Below are positions 47,199-55,508 of a DNA stretch of 64,000 bases, in pieces (position 1 is the first letter of the stretch; each line of letters starts with the position of its first letter). A program made the position numbers and the translations under genes. This DNA comes from Bacteroidia bacterium (GTDB lineage Bacteria; Bacteroidota; Bacteroidia; JANWJV01). The stretch spans positions 1,596 to 65,595 of the forward strand of contig JANWJV010000007.1 of NCBI GenBank assembly GCA_025451785.1, read 5' to 3'. Below the pieces are notes generated by a model that saw nothing but the letters and a program-made list of their open reading frames with translations, was not told where the DNA came from and ran no database searches.

Positions 47199-47203
47199 TA
47201 ACT

Positions 47204-47617
47204 ATGTGGTGGATCTACGCCCTCGGCTCAGCACTCTTCGCAGCCCTCACCGCCGTCTTCGCTAAGATCGGCATCAAGAACATCAATACCGACCTCGCCG
47301 TAGCGATACGAACGGTGGTCATTGTCTTTATGGCCTGGGGCATCGTGTTCTCCAAAGGCGCACAGCAGTACATGGGTTCGCTTACCAAAAGCAACCTGAT
47401 GTTCCTGGCCTTCTCCGGCATTACCACCGGCCTCAGCTGGATCTTTTATTTCCGCGCGCTGGAAGTGGGCAATGTATCGCAGGTAGCACCTGTCGACAAG
47501 CTCAGCCTGGCGCTTACCATTATTTTTTCGGTATTGTTCCTGGGGGAAACGCTTAGCCTTAAGACCGCCATAGGAGCCAGTTGTATCCTCATCGGCACAG
47601 TCATTATGATACTCTAA
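47204..47617 (+). CDS. single-domain EamA family transporter (137 aa)
   Basis: Four to five TM helices and an EamA-like C-terminal pattern LGETLSLKTAIGASCILIGTVIM. Confidence 0.7.
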   Translation: MWWIYALGSALFAALTAVFAKIGIKNINTDLAVAIRTVVIVFMAWGIVFSKGAQQYMGSLTKSNLMFLAFSGITTGLSWIFYFRALEVGNVSQVAPVDKLSLALTIIFSVLFLGETLSLKTAIGASCILIGTVIMIL

Positions 47618-47633
47618 ACGCTGAATAAAAAAT

Positions 47634-48743
47634 TCAGCTCTTCGGCCGCCGCTGTTGCAAGACCCTGTACCTGTTAAAAGAGAATCCGGAAACTGTTGGA
47701 ACAATATTCCCCAGCAGAAAGCCCCAGGGTTTCATGGGTTCGATGTGATCGAAAATAACCTTGATGATGGCCGTTAAGGGAATGGAAAGGAACATTCCTG
47801 AGATCCCCCATACCGCTCCTCCTATCAGCACTACGATGACAGAGATGAGCGCGTTGATCTTTACGCGGGCGGCTACGATCCTTGGAACGATGTAATTGTT
47901 GTCGATGAACTGGATGACGATGTACAGCGCAAGAACGAGGAACGCATAGCTTACAGAGTCCTTGGTGATAAAGGCGATGGTCATCGGCAGGATCGTGGAA
48001 ACGAGTCCGCCGATATAGGGAATGATATTAAGCACCGCTCCGATGATGCCTAGCATGATCGCATAATCGATCCCCAGCAATAAAAGCCCGGCCGAATTCA
48101 GCGCTGCCATAATGATCACTTCGAAGCAAAGTCCCACCAGGTAGGTTTGGATGATCTGCTTGGTATTGCTCAGTACGGCCGTAACGGCGGTGTCGTGCTC
48201 AGCACCAAAAAGCCTGCGTATGAACTCAAGCAGCAGGGGTTTATAATACAGGAACAGGAACAGGTACACCGGCAGCAGCATTCCCGCAACCAGCAAATGC
48301 CCTATCTCGCTCAGCTTCTCTCCTATGGCAAACTCGTGGATCTGTTCGTTCTGTGTTTCTATTATCCAGGCATTGATCTTTGATCCGCGTATGTTGAATG
48401 TTTCGGAGACCCAGTGTACCAGCCGTACGCTCGCCGCGTTGAATTTCAGCTTCAGCTGGGGATAGGTTTCACTGAACATGCTTAGCTGCGAGGATACGAT
48501 GTACAGTATTCCCAACAGAACAGCACTGGCAATGGTCACCGCTATACAAATGGACAGGACCTTATTGAACCTCCAGCGCATGAATAGGTTCACGAGCGGG
48601 TTCAGTAAAATGGCAAGCAGGATGGCGTACACCAGCGGAACAATGATGCCGCGGCCCAGGTACAGAACAAAAACGAAAGCGAAAACGCTGATGAAGATCA
48701 GCGCGGTCCTAGCATAAAAAGGTATTTTATACGGAAGTTCCAT
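47634..48743 (-). CDS. AI-2E family transporter (PerM/UPF0118)
   Basis: 369 aa, polytopic. YIGGLVSTILP...FIDNNYIVPRIV pattern. Its start overlaps the upstream ORF by 17 nt. Confidence 0.8.
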   Translation of the reverse strand: MELPYKIPFYARTALIFISVFAFVFVLYLGRGIIVPLVYAILLAILLNPLVNLFMRWRFNKVLSICIAVTIASAVLLGILYIVSSQLSMFSETYPQLKLKFNAASVRLVHWVSETFNIRGSKINAWIIETQNEQIHEFAIGEKLSEIGHLLVAGMLLPVYLFLFLYYKPLLLEFIRRLFGAEHDTAVTAVLSNTKQIIQTYLVGLCFEVIIMAALNSAGLLLLGIDYAIMLGIIGAVLNIIPYIGGLVSTILPMTIAFITKDSVSYAFLVLALYIVIQFIDNNYIVPRIVAARVKINALISVIVVLIGGAVWGISGMFLSIPLTAIIKVIFDHIEPMKPWGFLLGNIVPTVSGFSFNRYRVLQQRRPKS

Positions 48744-48999
48744 TTGATCCTTTCCCGAGCAGCATTCGACCTACGATCTTCTTCAGAAGAAAGCCTCCGG
48801 CAGCCATGGCCAGGGCGCCGGCATTTACCTTGCGGAACGCGAGCAACTTTGCCGCGGTGTTCTGCAAAAGGTTGATCGGCTTCAGCAGCTCGCGGGTGCC
48901 CTCCACCTGCTCTTTGAGCTGGACCCATTCCATTTCCTGCTGTTCTTCCAGTCGATGGATACTATCCTTCAGCGCTGCTCTTGTTCTTATATTTTTCAT
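48727..48999 (-). CDS. hypothetical protein (90 aa, C-terminal hydrophobic helix)
   Basis: ATGA overlap with the upstream holin-X-like gene. Coiled N-terminus. Confidence 0.5.
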   Translation of the reverse strand: MKNIRTRAALKDSIHRLEEQQEMEWVQLKEQVEGTRELLKPINLLQNTAAKLLAFRKVNAGALAMAAGGFLLKKIVGRMLLGKGSNGTSV

Positions 49000-49340
49000 G
49001 GAATGTTAGTAAGGCTTGTAATAATGGAATCGGCAAGACGTGCCCTGATCCTTGAACGCAACAGCACCAGAATGATCAACAGGAGCCCGTAAAAAGAGGC
49101 AAGCACCAGGAAACCATAATATCCCTTACCCAATAGCTCACCGAGCCAAAGCGCCGCCGCTACGCTTATGCTGAAGACAAAGAACAAAAGGGCCAGGAGG
49201 CTGATCAAACGCGAGAGGAACCAGGAGGAAGCCTCCGCTGTCGCTTCAATGGACCGTAGTTTCAGCAACTCCAAACTTGTTTTACCGTATTGCCCTACCC
49301 CTTCTAGGAAGCGGAGGACCGGGCTTGTTGTTTCTTCCAT
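48996..49340 (-). CDS. holin-X/DUF1469-like membrane protein
   Basis: 114 aa with two TM helices. It shows the usual arrangement next to YtxH. Confidence 0.5.
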   Translation of the reverse strand: MEETTSPVLRFLEGVGQYGKTSLELLKLRSIEATAEASSWFLSRLISLLALLFFVFSISVAAALWLGELLGKGYYGFLVLASFYGLLLIILVLLRSRIRARLADSIITSLTNIP

Positions 49341-49356
49341 TTTTTTGTCATTTTAA

Positions 49357-49382
49357 ATGGCCGGAGCAAATGCCCCGGCCAT
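49357..49382 (-). terminator. intra-operon hairpin (possible attenuator/partial terminator) after ytxH
   Basis: ATGGCCGG / CCGGCCAT 8-bp stem with a 10-nt loop. On the minus strand it is followed by TTAAAATG, which is a weak U tract. Confidence 0.35.
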
Positions 49383-49401
49383 GGTATTCCCTTTTCATTC
49401 T

Positions 49402-49668
49402 TTAACTGAGTACCTTGGTCTTGGCCGCGCCGTTATCAGCAAACTCTTTTGCCTTGCCTTTCACGGTTTCCACTTCCTCCTTCAGCGTGTCAATAATGCC
49501 CTTGAGCTTCTCTTTCATCGCGTCGCTCAGCTCACCGCCTTTCGCGCTCAGCTTTTTACGTGTTTCACTTCCTTTGTCAGGAGCGAACAGGATCCCCAGG
49601 ACTCCGCCGATGGCAGCGCCCACTAGTAAGGCTCCAATTAATTTTCCAGTGTTGTTTGAATTTTCCAT
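49402..49668 (-). CDS. YtxH domain protein
   Basis: GALLVGAAIGGVLGILFAPDKGSETRKKL N-terminal motif plus an amphipathic helical tail. Confidence 0.8.
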   Translation of the reverse strand: MENSNNTGKLIGALLVGAAIGGVLGILFAPDKGSETRKKLSAKGGELSDAMKEKLKGIIDTLKEEVETVKGKAKEFADNGAAKTKVLS

Positions 49669-49696
49669 TGTTGTTTTATTATTAGTTGTGTTTGAT

Positions 49697-49852
49697 TTAA
49701 AGGGTCTTGCCTCCTCTGATAACCCTGAGTATAACGGAGATGATCGCTATCACCAGCAGGATATGAATGATCCCTCCTGCATTGTAGCCTGCGAAGCCAA
49801 TTAGCCAGAGAATTATAAATATTACTGCTATTCCATAGAGAAGATTGTTCAT
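49697..49852 (-). CDS. lmo0937-family small membrane protein (51 aa)
   Basis: MNNLLYGIAVIFIILWLIGFAGYNAGGIIHILLVIAIISVILRVIRGG from the ATG at 49852. The track start at 49921 is an extension. Confidence 0.7.
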   Translation of the reverse strand: MNNLLYGIAVIFIILWLIGFAGYNAGGIIHILLVIAIISVILRVIRGGKTL

Positions 49853-49880
49853 GATCGTTGTCTTTAGTGTCCATGTGAAA

Positions 49881-50114
49881 TTATTTTGAGGCCTTTTTCT
49901 TTGTCTTGTCGGGGCGAACATCGATCCCGGTACGGTCGGGGTTCCTCTCCCTTTTCGGCTTATCGAACCTGCCTACACCTTTCTTTTTCTCTGTACTGTC
50001 GTTGTCCGTATCGCTGCCGCTCTTGTCCGAATCATTGTCAGGGTCGGTATGGTCCCCGTCGCTGCCAGCTTCAATGTTGGGTTTCTTTCTCTTTTTCTTG
50101 TCGATGGTCTTCAT
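49881..50114 (-). CDS. highly charged, predicted-disordered small protein (77 aa, hydrophilin-like)
   Basis: The ATG at 50114 gives MKTIDKKKRKKPNIEAGSDGDHTDPDNDSDKSGSDTDND..KKKASK. It lies 10 nt after the OMP gene stop. Confidence 0.5.
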   Translation of the reverse strand: MKTIDKKKRKKPNIEAGSDGDHTDPDNDSDKSGSDTDNDSTEKKKGVGRFDKPKRERNPDRTGIDVRPDKTKKKASK

Positions 50115-50124
50115 GTCCTTATTA

Positions 50125-50694
50125 TTAAAGGTGCAGTGCCAGTCCGAAAGTGGAGATGCCCGAGGAGAGATCGAGGAACAGTCCCAGCTTGTTGCTGAGG
50201 TGCAGTTCCGTACCAATGTGTCCGTCGAAATACAAACCGCTGGAACCGTGCTGAACGGTGGTCTCACCGTAATAGCCGTTCTCCCAGGTTGTTTTTCGTA
50301 TCGCGAAACCCAGTGAGCCCGCCAGGTAAAAATCCCATTTGGGGCCCGCGTTCAGCAGTTCGTCAAAGTAGTACGAACCTTTTACCCCGATGGGGATCAC
50401 CGTTTGGCGATAGGAGTAGTTCTTGTACGGATAGTTCGGATTTCCCCAGTAGTAATAGTTCTGGTAGGAATACACCGTCACGAAAGGCGCAAGGGTAAAG
50501 TTATGCGCCGCGGTTATCTCAAAGTCGGCATGTACTACGGGCATGGAATGGCCCACGTACCCGTAGTATCCTATTCCCGCGCCCAGGTTGAGGGCCCCGC
50601 CATAGCCCTCTTCTGAAACTGTTTCCTGTGCTGTTGCCTTGGCGCCTCCCATCATTAGAAGAGAAAGCAGCGCCGTATAGATGATCGTTTTCAT
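50125..50694 (-). CDS. outer membrane beta-barrel protein (189 aa)
   Basis: Signal peptide, alternating aromatic/Gly beta-strand pattern, and a C-terminal ...FGLALHL. Confidence 0.7.
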   Translation of the reverse strand: MKTIIYTALLSLLMMGGAKATAQETVSEEGYGGALNLGAGIGYYGYVGHSMPVVHADFEITAAHNFTLAPFVTVYSYQNYYYWGNPNYPYKNYSYRQTVIPIGVKGSYYFDELLNAGPKWDFYLAGSLGFAIRKTTWENGYYGETTVQHGSSGLYFDGHIGTELHLSNKLGLFLDLSSGISTFGLALHL

Positions 50695-50720
50695 GTTTCT
50701 TGATTATTGATATTTTGATA

Positions 50721-51362
50721 TTAGATCTTGAAGCCCAGTGTTAGCTGGATCCATTTGTTTTTGTAACGCGGCGTGGAAGAGGTACCGTCGCCATTATTGG
50801 TCTGAAAATCCCATCCCAGCCTTCCGGATACCACGATGTGCGACACATTGATGTCAGCTCCGGCCACAAAGCCGAGCACGTTCTTACGTATATTGTCGTT
50901 GTTGAACTCCTTCTCCTGCTCCACACTGTTTACTCCCAGTGTATACACATTCTTCTCGTTCATGAGATAGGAGTATTGGGGGCCTGCCACGATCGTTAAG
51001 AACTCGCCTGGTTTTACCTGGAGCTGCAGCGGCACGTCGATATAAGTGGTGGTCCTTGAAAAGGAATACGGAGATCCCAGCAAAGTGCCCGATCCCTGGA
51101 ATCCTTTCTGGGAAATGAGCAGTTCCGGCTGGAAGCCCAGGTATTTCCCGATAGGGATACCGAAGAAAATGCCGCCGGCAAAACCGATCTTGTTATCGGC
51201 CCTGAAGTCCTGGCCTTGTTCATCCCAAACATTAGAAGAGTTGATGCCGGCCTTAACGCCGAACGCGAACAGTTCACGCGGATCTGTTTCCTCATCCTGC
51301 GCGCTCAGTGTCATCCCTATGGGCAACGACAGCAAGCAAGTTATAATAAATGATCTTTTCAT
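50721..51362 (-). CDS. porin-family outer membrane beta-barrel protein (213 aa)
   Basis: The ATG at 51362 gives signal peptide MKRSFIITCLLSLPIGMTLSAQ. The C-terminus WIQLTLGFKI is typical of OMP barrels. Confidence 0.7.
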   Translation of the reverse strand: MKRSFIITCLLSLPIGMTLSAQDEETDPRELFAFGVKAGINSSNVWDEQGQDFRADNKIGFAGGIFFGIPIGKYLGFQPELLISQKGFQGSGTLLGSPYSFSRTTTYIDVPLQLQVKPGEFLTIVAGPQYSYLMNEKNVYTLGVNSVEQEKEFNNDNIRKNVLGFVAGADINVSHIVVSGRLGWDFQTNNGDGTSSTPRYKNKWIQLTLGFKI

Positions 51363-51398
51363 TGTTTTTGTTTTAGTTGTGAATTCATTTTCACGGTA

Positions 51399-51463
51399 CA
51401 AAGTTGCGCTGTTTTCAAAGGGAATGTGTTACACGAAACCTTCAAAGGCTTACATCATTCACA
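51399..51463 (-). promoter_or_regulatory. tripartite stress-island promoter/operator, instance A (OMP...AI-2E operon)
   Basis: Minus strand reads TGTGAA-TG-ATGTAA-N16-TGTAAC-N21-CAACTTTG. There are 36 nt to the ATG at 51362. Confidence 0.7.
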
Positions 51464-51719
51464 TTCCGTGTTTCAGGGGAGGGCTCTCCGGCCGGCCCAG
51501 CATATACCTGTTGAGCATCGATCTCAGCGAGTCGTGATATTTTTGCAGGCTCTTCACGTTCACTTCTGGATTTTTTTCATCAGGGATGGATACCTTCATT
51601 TCATCCAGGTATTTCGAAAGCTCCGGGTACTTCTCTTTTATACGCATGGTGATCTCCAGGATCTTCGCGTTAAGGTCTCCTACCGTCTCTTTGTGTATGT
51701 CAGTGTCTTTTCTGCTCAT
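51459..51719 (-). CDS. hypothetical protein (86 aa) co-transcribed with catalase
   Basis: ATGA overlap with the catalase stop. Helical and charged. Confidence 0.5.
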   Translation of the reverse strand: MSRKDTDIHKETVGDLNAKILEITMRIKEKYPELSKYLDEMKVSIPDEKNPEVNVKSLQKYHDSLRSMLNRYMLGRPESPPLKHGM

Positions 51720-53218
51720 TGGTGAATGTTATGTCTCAGATGTTCCGTTTCCATTTCTTTGGTGCTAAGCCCCAGGGCCGCTGCTATGGCCATGCCCAGT
51801 TGGATATCCACACGAAAAAAATGGCACAGCTGGCGTTGAATGATCTCCTCTTTCTTTTCCCCGCTGATCCCTTTCATGGAGCTTACGATATTGCTTGCGA
51901 GGTTCTTCCTGTCCTGCTCGTTCATTGCTTTTCGATACAGCATGCCGGGCTGTGAATAGTGGTCGTTATCATTTTCATTGCGATCAAACCAATCGGCCAG
52001 ATAGGATCCGAGCTCCATCGCAGGTTCTTTATAGCTTTCGTCAGCAACGATCTCGTCGAAACTGTTCGGCCGGTAGTTCGGTTCCGCTCCGCCATTGTCG
52101 CTGGTCTGCATCAGCCCGTCGCGCTGGTAATTAGTTACCGCATAGGGACATTTGTTCACGGGGATCTGTTCGTAGTTCACCCCCAGGCGGTAGCGGTGCG
52201 CGTCGGGATAGGACAGCAAACGCCCCTGGAGCATCTTATCGGGCGAATAGCCGATACCGTTCACCACATTGGCGGGGGCAAAAGCAGCCTGCTCAACGTC
52301 CCTGAAATAATTCTCCGGGATCTCATTCAATTCCATTGTCCCCACGTCGATCAAGGGAAATTCCTGGTGCCCCCATACTTTGGTAACATCAAAAGGGTTC
52401 CACGGAAAGGCCTTCGCCTGTTCGTTGGTCATTACCTGGATCTTAAGGGCCCATTTAGGAAAATCCTTCCGGCCGATCGCCTCTACCAGGTCGCGCTGCG
52501 CATGATCGGGGTCGGTGCCGCGCATTTCACCTGCTTCTTGTCCATTGAAATTCTTAATTCCCTGCCCGGTCACGAAATGGAACTTTACCCAAACCCTTGC
52601 ATTATCCTTGTCGAGGAGTGAAAAGGTATGGCTTCCGAAACCATTCATGTTACGGTACGAAAAGGGAGTTCCCCGGTCGCTCATCAGGATCATCACCTGG
52701 TGCAGGCTCTCAGGGTTCAGGCTCCAGAAATCCCACATCATGGTAGGACTCTTGCAATTGGTCTTTGGGTCGCGCTTTTGTGTGTGAATGAAGTGAGAGA
52801 ATTTTTTCGGGTCCTTGATGAAGAACACCGGCGTATTATTGCCTACAAGGTCCCAGTTACCATCTTCCGTATAGAACTTAAGGGCAAACCCCCTGGGGTC
52901 CCGCTCGCTGTCGGCGCTCCCTTTTTCTCCTCCTACCAATGAGAACCTGGCAAACATCCCTGTTTGTTTCCCGATCTCCGAAAACAGCTTCGCTTTGGTG
53001 TACCGGGTAATGTCGTGCGTTACGGTGAAGGTACCGAAGGCTCCTGTGCCTTTGGCATGAACCACCCTTTCGGGGATACGTTCACGGTTGAAGTGGGCCA
53101 TATCCTCATGCAGAAAATAGTCTTGCAGAAGGATCGGGCCGCGGTTTCCCACGGTCATCGAGTTTTCGAACTCGAAGTAGGGCCGTCCTCCGGCGGTAGT
53201 CAGCTTCTTCTTTTTCAT
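51716..53218 (-). CDS. monofunctional heme catalase
   Basis: 500 aa. FNRERIPERVVHAKGTGAFG and GRLLSYPDAHRYRLG signatures. Confidence 0.95.
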   Translation of the reverse strand: MKKKKLTTAGGRPYFEFENSMTVGNRGPILLQDYFLHEDMAHFNRERIPERVVHAKGTGAFGTFTVTHDITRYTKAKLFSEIGKQTGMFARFSLVGGEKGSADSERDPRGFALKFYTEDGNWDLVGNNTPVFFIKDPKKFSHFIHTQKRDPKTNCKSPTMMWDFWSLNPESLHQVMILMSDRGTPFSYRNMNGFGSHTFSLLDKDNARVWVKFHFVTGQGIKNFNGQEAGEMRGTDPDHAQRDLVEAIGRKDFPKWALKIQVMTNEQAKAFPWNPFDVTKVWGHQEFPLIDVGTMELNEIPENYFRDVEQAAFAPANVVNGIGYSPDKMLQGRLLSYPDAHRYRLGVNYEQIPVNKCPYAVTNYQRDGLMQTSDNGGAEPNYRPNSFDEIVADESYKEPAMELGSYLADWFDRNENDNDHYSQPGMLYRKAMNEQDRKNLASNIVSSMKGISGEKKEEIIQRQLCHFFRVDIQLGMAIAAALGLSTKEMETEHLRHNIHQ

Positions 53219-53286
53219 GTTTATACCAATGAAGCACGGAAATGATCTATCTAAATACCAATGTGCCTTTTTCTTTTATCTTTTGA

Positions 53287-53439
53287 TCAGAGCTTTTTAC
53301 CTTCCACGACCTTCATCATAAAGGCCATTACGGCCATTACCAGAAGAATATGAATGAGTCCGTTAGCGCCAAAACCGAAATGACCGACAACCCAGGCGGT
53401 GACCAGCAGCATCGCGACTATGTACCAGGTGTTTTTCAT
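53287..53439 (-). CDS. lmo0937-family small membrane protein (50 aa; absent from the ORF track)
   Basis: Hand translation gives MKNTWYIVAMLLVTAWVVGHFGFGANGLIHILLVMAVMAFMMKVVEGKKL. ATGA overlap with the upstream lipoprotein gene. It is a paralog of 49697-49852. Confidence 0.65.
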   Translation of the reverse strand: MKNTWYIVAMLLVTAWVVGHFGFGANGLIHILLVMAVMAFMMKVVEGKKL

Positions 53440-53879
53440 TGTTTTACATTTCTGGTGCCAAAATCCTTAAATGCTTTACCCAGTTCGTCCATATTGCGAC
53501 CGAACTCCGCCTTGAACTGTTCCCAGTTGGCCGCTCCTTCTGCTTCATAGTCGTCCATCAGCTTTTTGAAATCACCGTTCTTCTGTTCCAGTTCGACGAT
53601 CTTCTTATTGTAATCCACTCTCGCTTCGCGTTTCTGGTTCTCTACTCTTGCCTTGAAGTCAGCAATGCTCTTTTCGTTGGCAGCGAACCTTTTTGCGGTC
53701 TCTTGCCTGTAAATGTCAATGTCCGCCAGGTAGGCTTCGTTGGCCTCTTCGAGGTTCTTGTTCGCCTCTATCAGTTTGTCTTGTGCGATCTCTACCTTTT
53801 CGGCAGATGAGTTACAGCTCTGTATGAAGGCTCCCGCCATGCACACACCTACTGCTAGTGATATAATTGAATTTTTCAT
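53436..53879 (-). CDS. coiled-coil lipoprotein (147 aa)
   Basis: Lipobox AFIQSC-N, then heptad-rich helical sequence. Confidence 0.6.
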   Translation of the reverse strand: MKNSIISLAVGVCMAGAFIQSCNSSAEKVEIAQDKLIEANKNLEEANEAYLADIDIYRQETAKRFAANEKSIADFKARVENQKREARVDYNKKIVELEQKNGDFKKLMDDYEAEGAANWEQFKAEFGRNMDELGKAFKDFGTRNVKQ

Positions 53880-53907
53880 TTTTTTGTTTTTTTAATTGAT
53901 TTGGATA

Positions 53908-53972
53908 CAAAGGTGGGTACTCAGGATGCTGCAAACGTTACAGAAGTTCGGAAAGAACTTACATCATTCACA
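53908..53972 (-). promoter_or_regulatory. tripartite stress-island promoter/operator, instance B (lipoprotein-lmo0937-catalase operon)
   Basis: Minus strand reads TGTGAA-TG-ATGTAA-N16-TGTAAC-N21-CACCTTTG. There are 28 nt to the ATG at 53879. Confidence 0.7.
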
Positions 53973-53983
53973 CAGGGTCAAGG

Positions 53984-54475
53984 TCAGGGAATAAATTTCA
54001 TGATCACATAAACCCCCGTACCTACGCATGCAAAGGCAAAGAAGAACATCGCCAGGTATTTGCTGATGCCGAACTCTTTTATAAGCACCCGCACCGGGTA
54101 GGTAAGTATCCCATAAATAAGGGAGGTAAGTTTCCTCCATGCCTTCTCTCCTTTGATGACGTAGTCGGTCGCTCCCTTGCGAAAGGAATCGATCGCTACC
54201 GCGATGTCTTCGTTGGAAGACAGCATGATCACCTCCGTTTGAGGATTGATCTTCTTGATCGCCATCAATATGTCGTTCCCGTTCTCGCCGTCCAGGTAAT
54301 AGTCCAGTATAACGATGTTGGTATCGCTTCCCAGCACTTTCAGCGCGCTCTCGCCACTATAGTAAGTAGAGATGTTCAGCTCAGTCCCGAACCTTTTATC
54401 CAGGTAAGCCCGCAGCCCTTCTAACATCAACGCGTTATCGTCAATGATAAACAGGTTAAGTGGTTGAGTCTTCAT
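53984..54475 (-). CDS. receiver-only response regulator with C-terminal transmembrane anchor
   Basis: REC domain with FIIDDN, the acceptor Asp in VILDYYL, and Lys in DYVIKG. It ends in the TM helix YLAMFFFAFACVGTGVYVIMKFI. No output domain. Confidence 0.8.
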   Translation of the reverse strand: MKTQPLNLFIIDDNALMLEGLRAYLDKRFGTELNISTYYSGESALKVLGSDTNIVILDYYLDGENGNDILMAIKKINPQTEVIMLSSNEDIAVAIDSFRKGATDYVIKGEKAWRKLTSLIYGILTYPVRVLIKEFGISKYLAMFFFAFACVGTGVYVIMKFIP

Positions 54476-54509
54476 TTGTGTTGGTTTAATGTGGTTAGTT
54501 CAAAGGGCC

Positions 54510-54785
54510 TTACAGGAGGATGATGAGCAGGAGTATAATAATGATGACAGCTCCTACTGAAATATATACTCCTCCTCCACTGCTCTCACGGGCCTTTTTG
54601 CGCAGCGCTTTCCTTTCGCTCCTGTCGGGACGCGTGTTATCGCCGGGACCCAGGGTGATCACGGATGGTTCGTAGACACTTTCGGTCGGTACGGCCATCG
54701 TTTGTTCCGGGGCCGCGTTTGCGCTGCCTGAGAGGCTGGCAAGGGCCAGGAAAACTGTGAGTAAACATGTTTTGATCGTTTTCAT
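54510..54785 (-). CDS. small secreted/tail-anchored protein (91 aa)
   Basis: Signal peptide MKTIKTCLLTVFLALASLSGSANA from the ATG at 54785 (an alternative ATG lies at 54815). C-terminal TM GAVIIIILLLIILL. Confidence 0.5.
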   Translation of the reverse strand: MKTIKTCLLTVFLALASLSGSANAAPEQTMAVPTESVYEPSVITLGPGDNTRPDRSERKALRKKARESSGGGVYISVGAVIIIILLLIILL

Positions 54786-54827
54786 ATTTTTTGGTTTTTG
54801 TTTCCGTCGTTTCATACGGAGTGATAG

Positions 54828-55352
54828 TTATTTCTTATGTCCTTTACCGTTGTCATGTCCGCCTTTTTGGGCAGGCGCGGCACTTTTGCCACTACTCTTG
54901 CTTGCCGGCTGGGCCGGCTTACCTGTCGAATTTGCTTTTGTCTTCTGGTTACCTTTTCCAGGTTTTACTCCTATGGTCTTCTGTTCTTTGCCGCGGTAGC
55001 CCTTTGCGTATTTCACTTTATGGCTCGCAAAATTGTTGTAGGGAGCCGTGCCGCGATAATCGCTAAGCACTACCTTATACCCGTAATACAGATCGTAATT
55101 GCGGTATTGTGTAGGCAGGTAGGTTCTGTGCAGCCACACTCCTCCTCCGTAATAAATGAACAGGGAGGTTTGAATATCATAATAGGCTTCCACATCGGGC
55201 AGGTAGTAATACCGCACTTCGGTATATCCCACGGGACCCCAGGGGGGAGGGGAGCCAATGTTCACATTCACGGTCACCTGGGCGCTGAGGGTGCCTGACA
55301 GCAAGAGAACAATTCCTACTGTTATATCTTTCAGTGTTTTCATAGTATTCAT
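54828..55352 (-). CDS. secreted Tyr-rich protein with Lys/Gly-rich tail (174 aa)
   Basis: Signal peptide, YYYLPDVEAYYDIQTSLFIYYGGGVW core, and tail KPGKGNQKTKANSTGKPAQPASKSSGKS. I do not recognise a family. Confidence 0.55.
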   Translation of the reverse strand: MNTMKTLKDITVGIVLLLSGTLSAQVTVNVNIGSPPPWGPVGYTEVRYYYLPDVEAYYDIQTSLFIYYGGGVWLHRTYLPTQYRNYDLYYGYKVVLSDYRGTAPYNNFASHKVKYAKGYRGKEQKTIGVKPGKGNQKTKANSTGKPAQPASKSSGKSAAPAQKGGHDNGKGHKK

Positions 55353-55370
55353 ATTAGTTAATTACTTCTG

Positions 55371-55435
55371 CAAAGGTGCGCCTCTGAGCACGCGAAAGTG
55401 TTACACAAGCCCTTGTTACTGTTGTAACATTCACA
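55371..55435 (-). promoter_or_regulatory. tripartite stress-island promoter/operator, instance C (secreted proteins + REC-TM operon)
   Basis: Minus strand reads TGTGAA-TG-TTACAA-N16-TGTAAC-N21-CACCTTTG. There are 18 nt to the ATG at 55352. Confidence 0.65.
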
Positions 55436-55465
55436 CATCGGGCCTTTTATTATAACACGAGACCC

Positions 55466-55485
55466 GGCTCCCTGTAAAGGGGGCC
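55466..55485 (-). terminator. hairpin after ice-binding gene 1
   Basis: 8-bp stem GGCTCCCT / AGGGGGCC (one G-U pair) with a 4-nt loop. There is no clear U tract. Confidence 0.4.
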
Positions 55486-55508
55486 AGGCCTGGTGTATTT
55501 ACTATGAT

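Noticed and set aside
48996-49340. Holin-family-like protein as a sign of a prophage or lysis cassette
   Set aside because: There is no endolysin, terminase, capsid or integrase nearby. It sits between ytxH and small stress genes, which is the usual non-phage context for DUF1469-type proteins.
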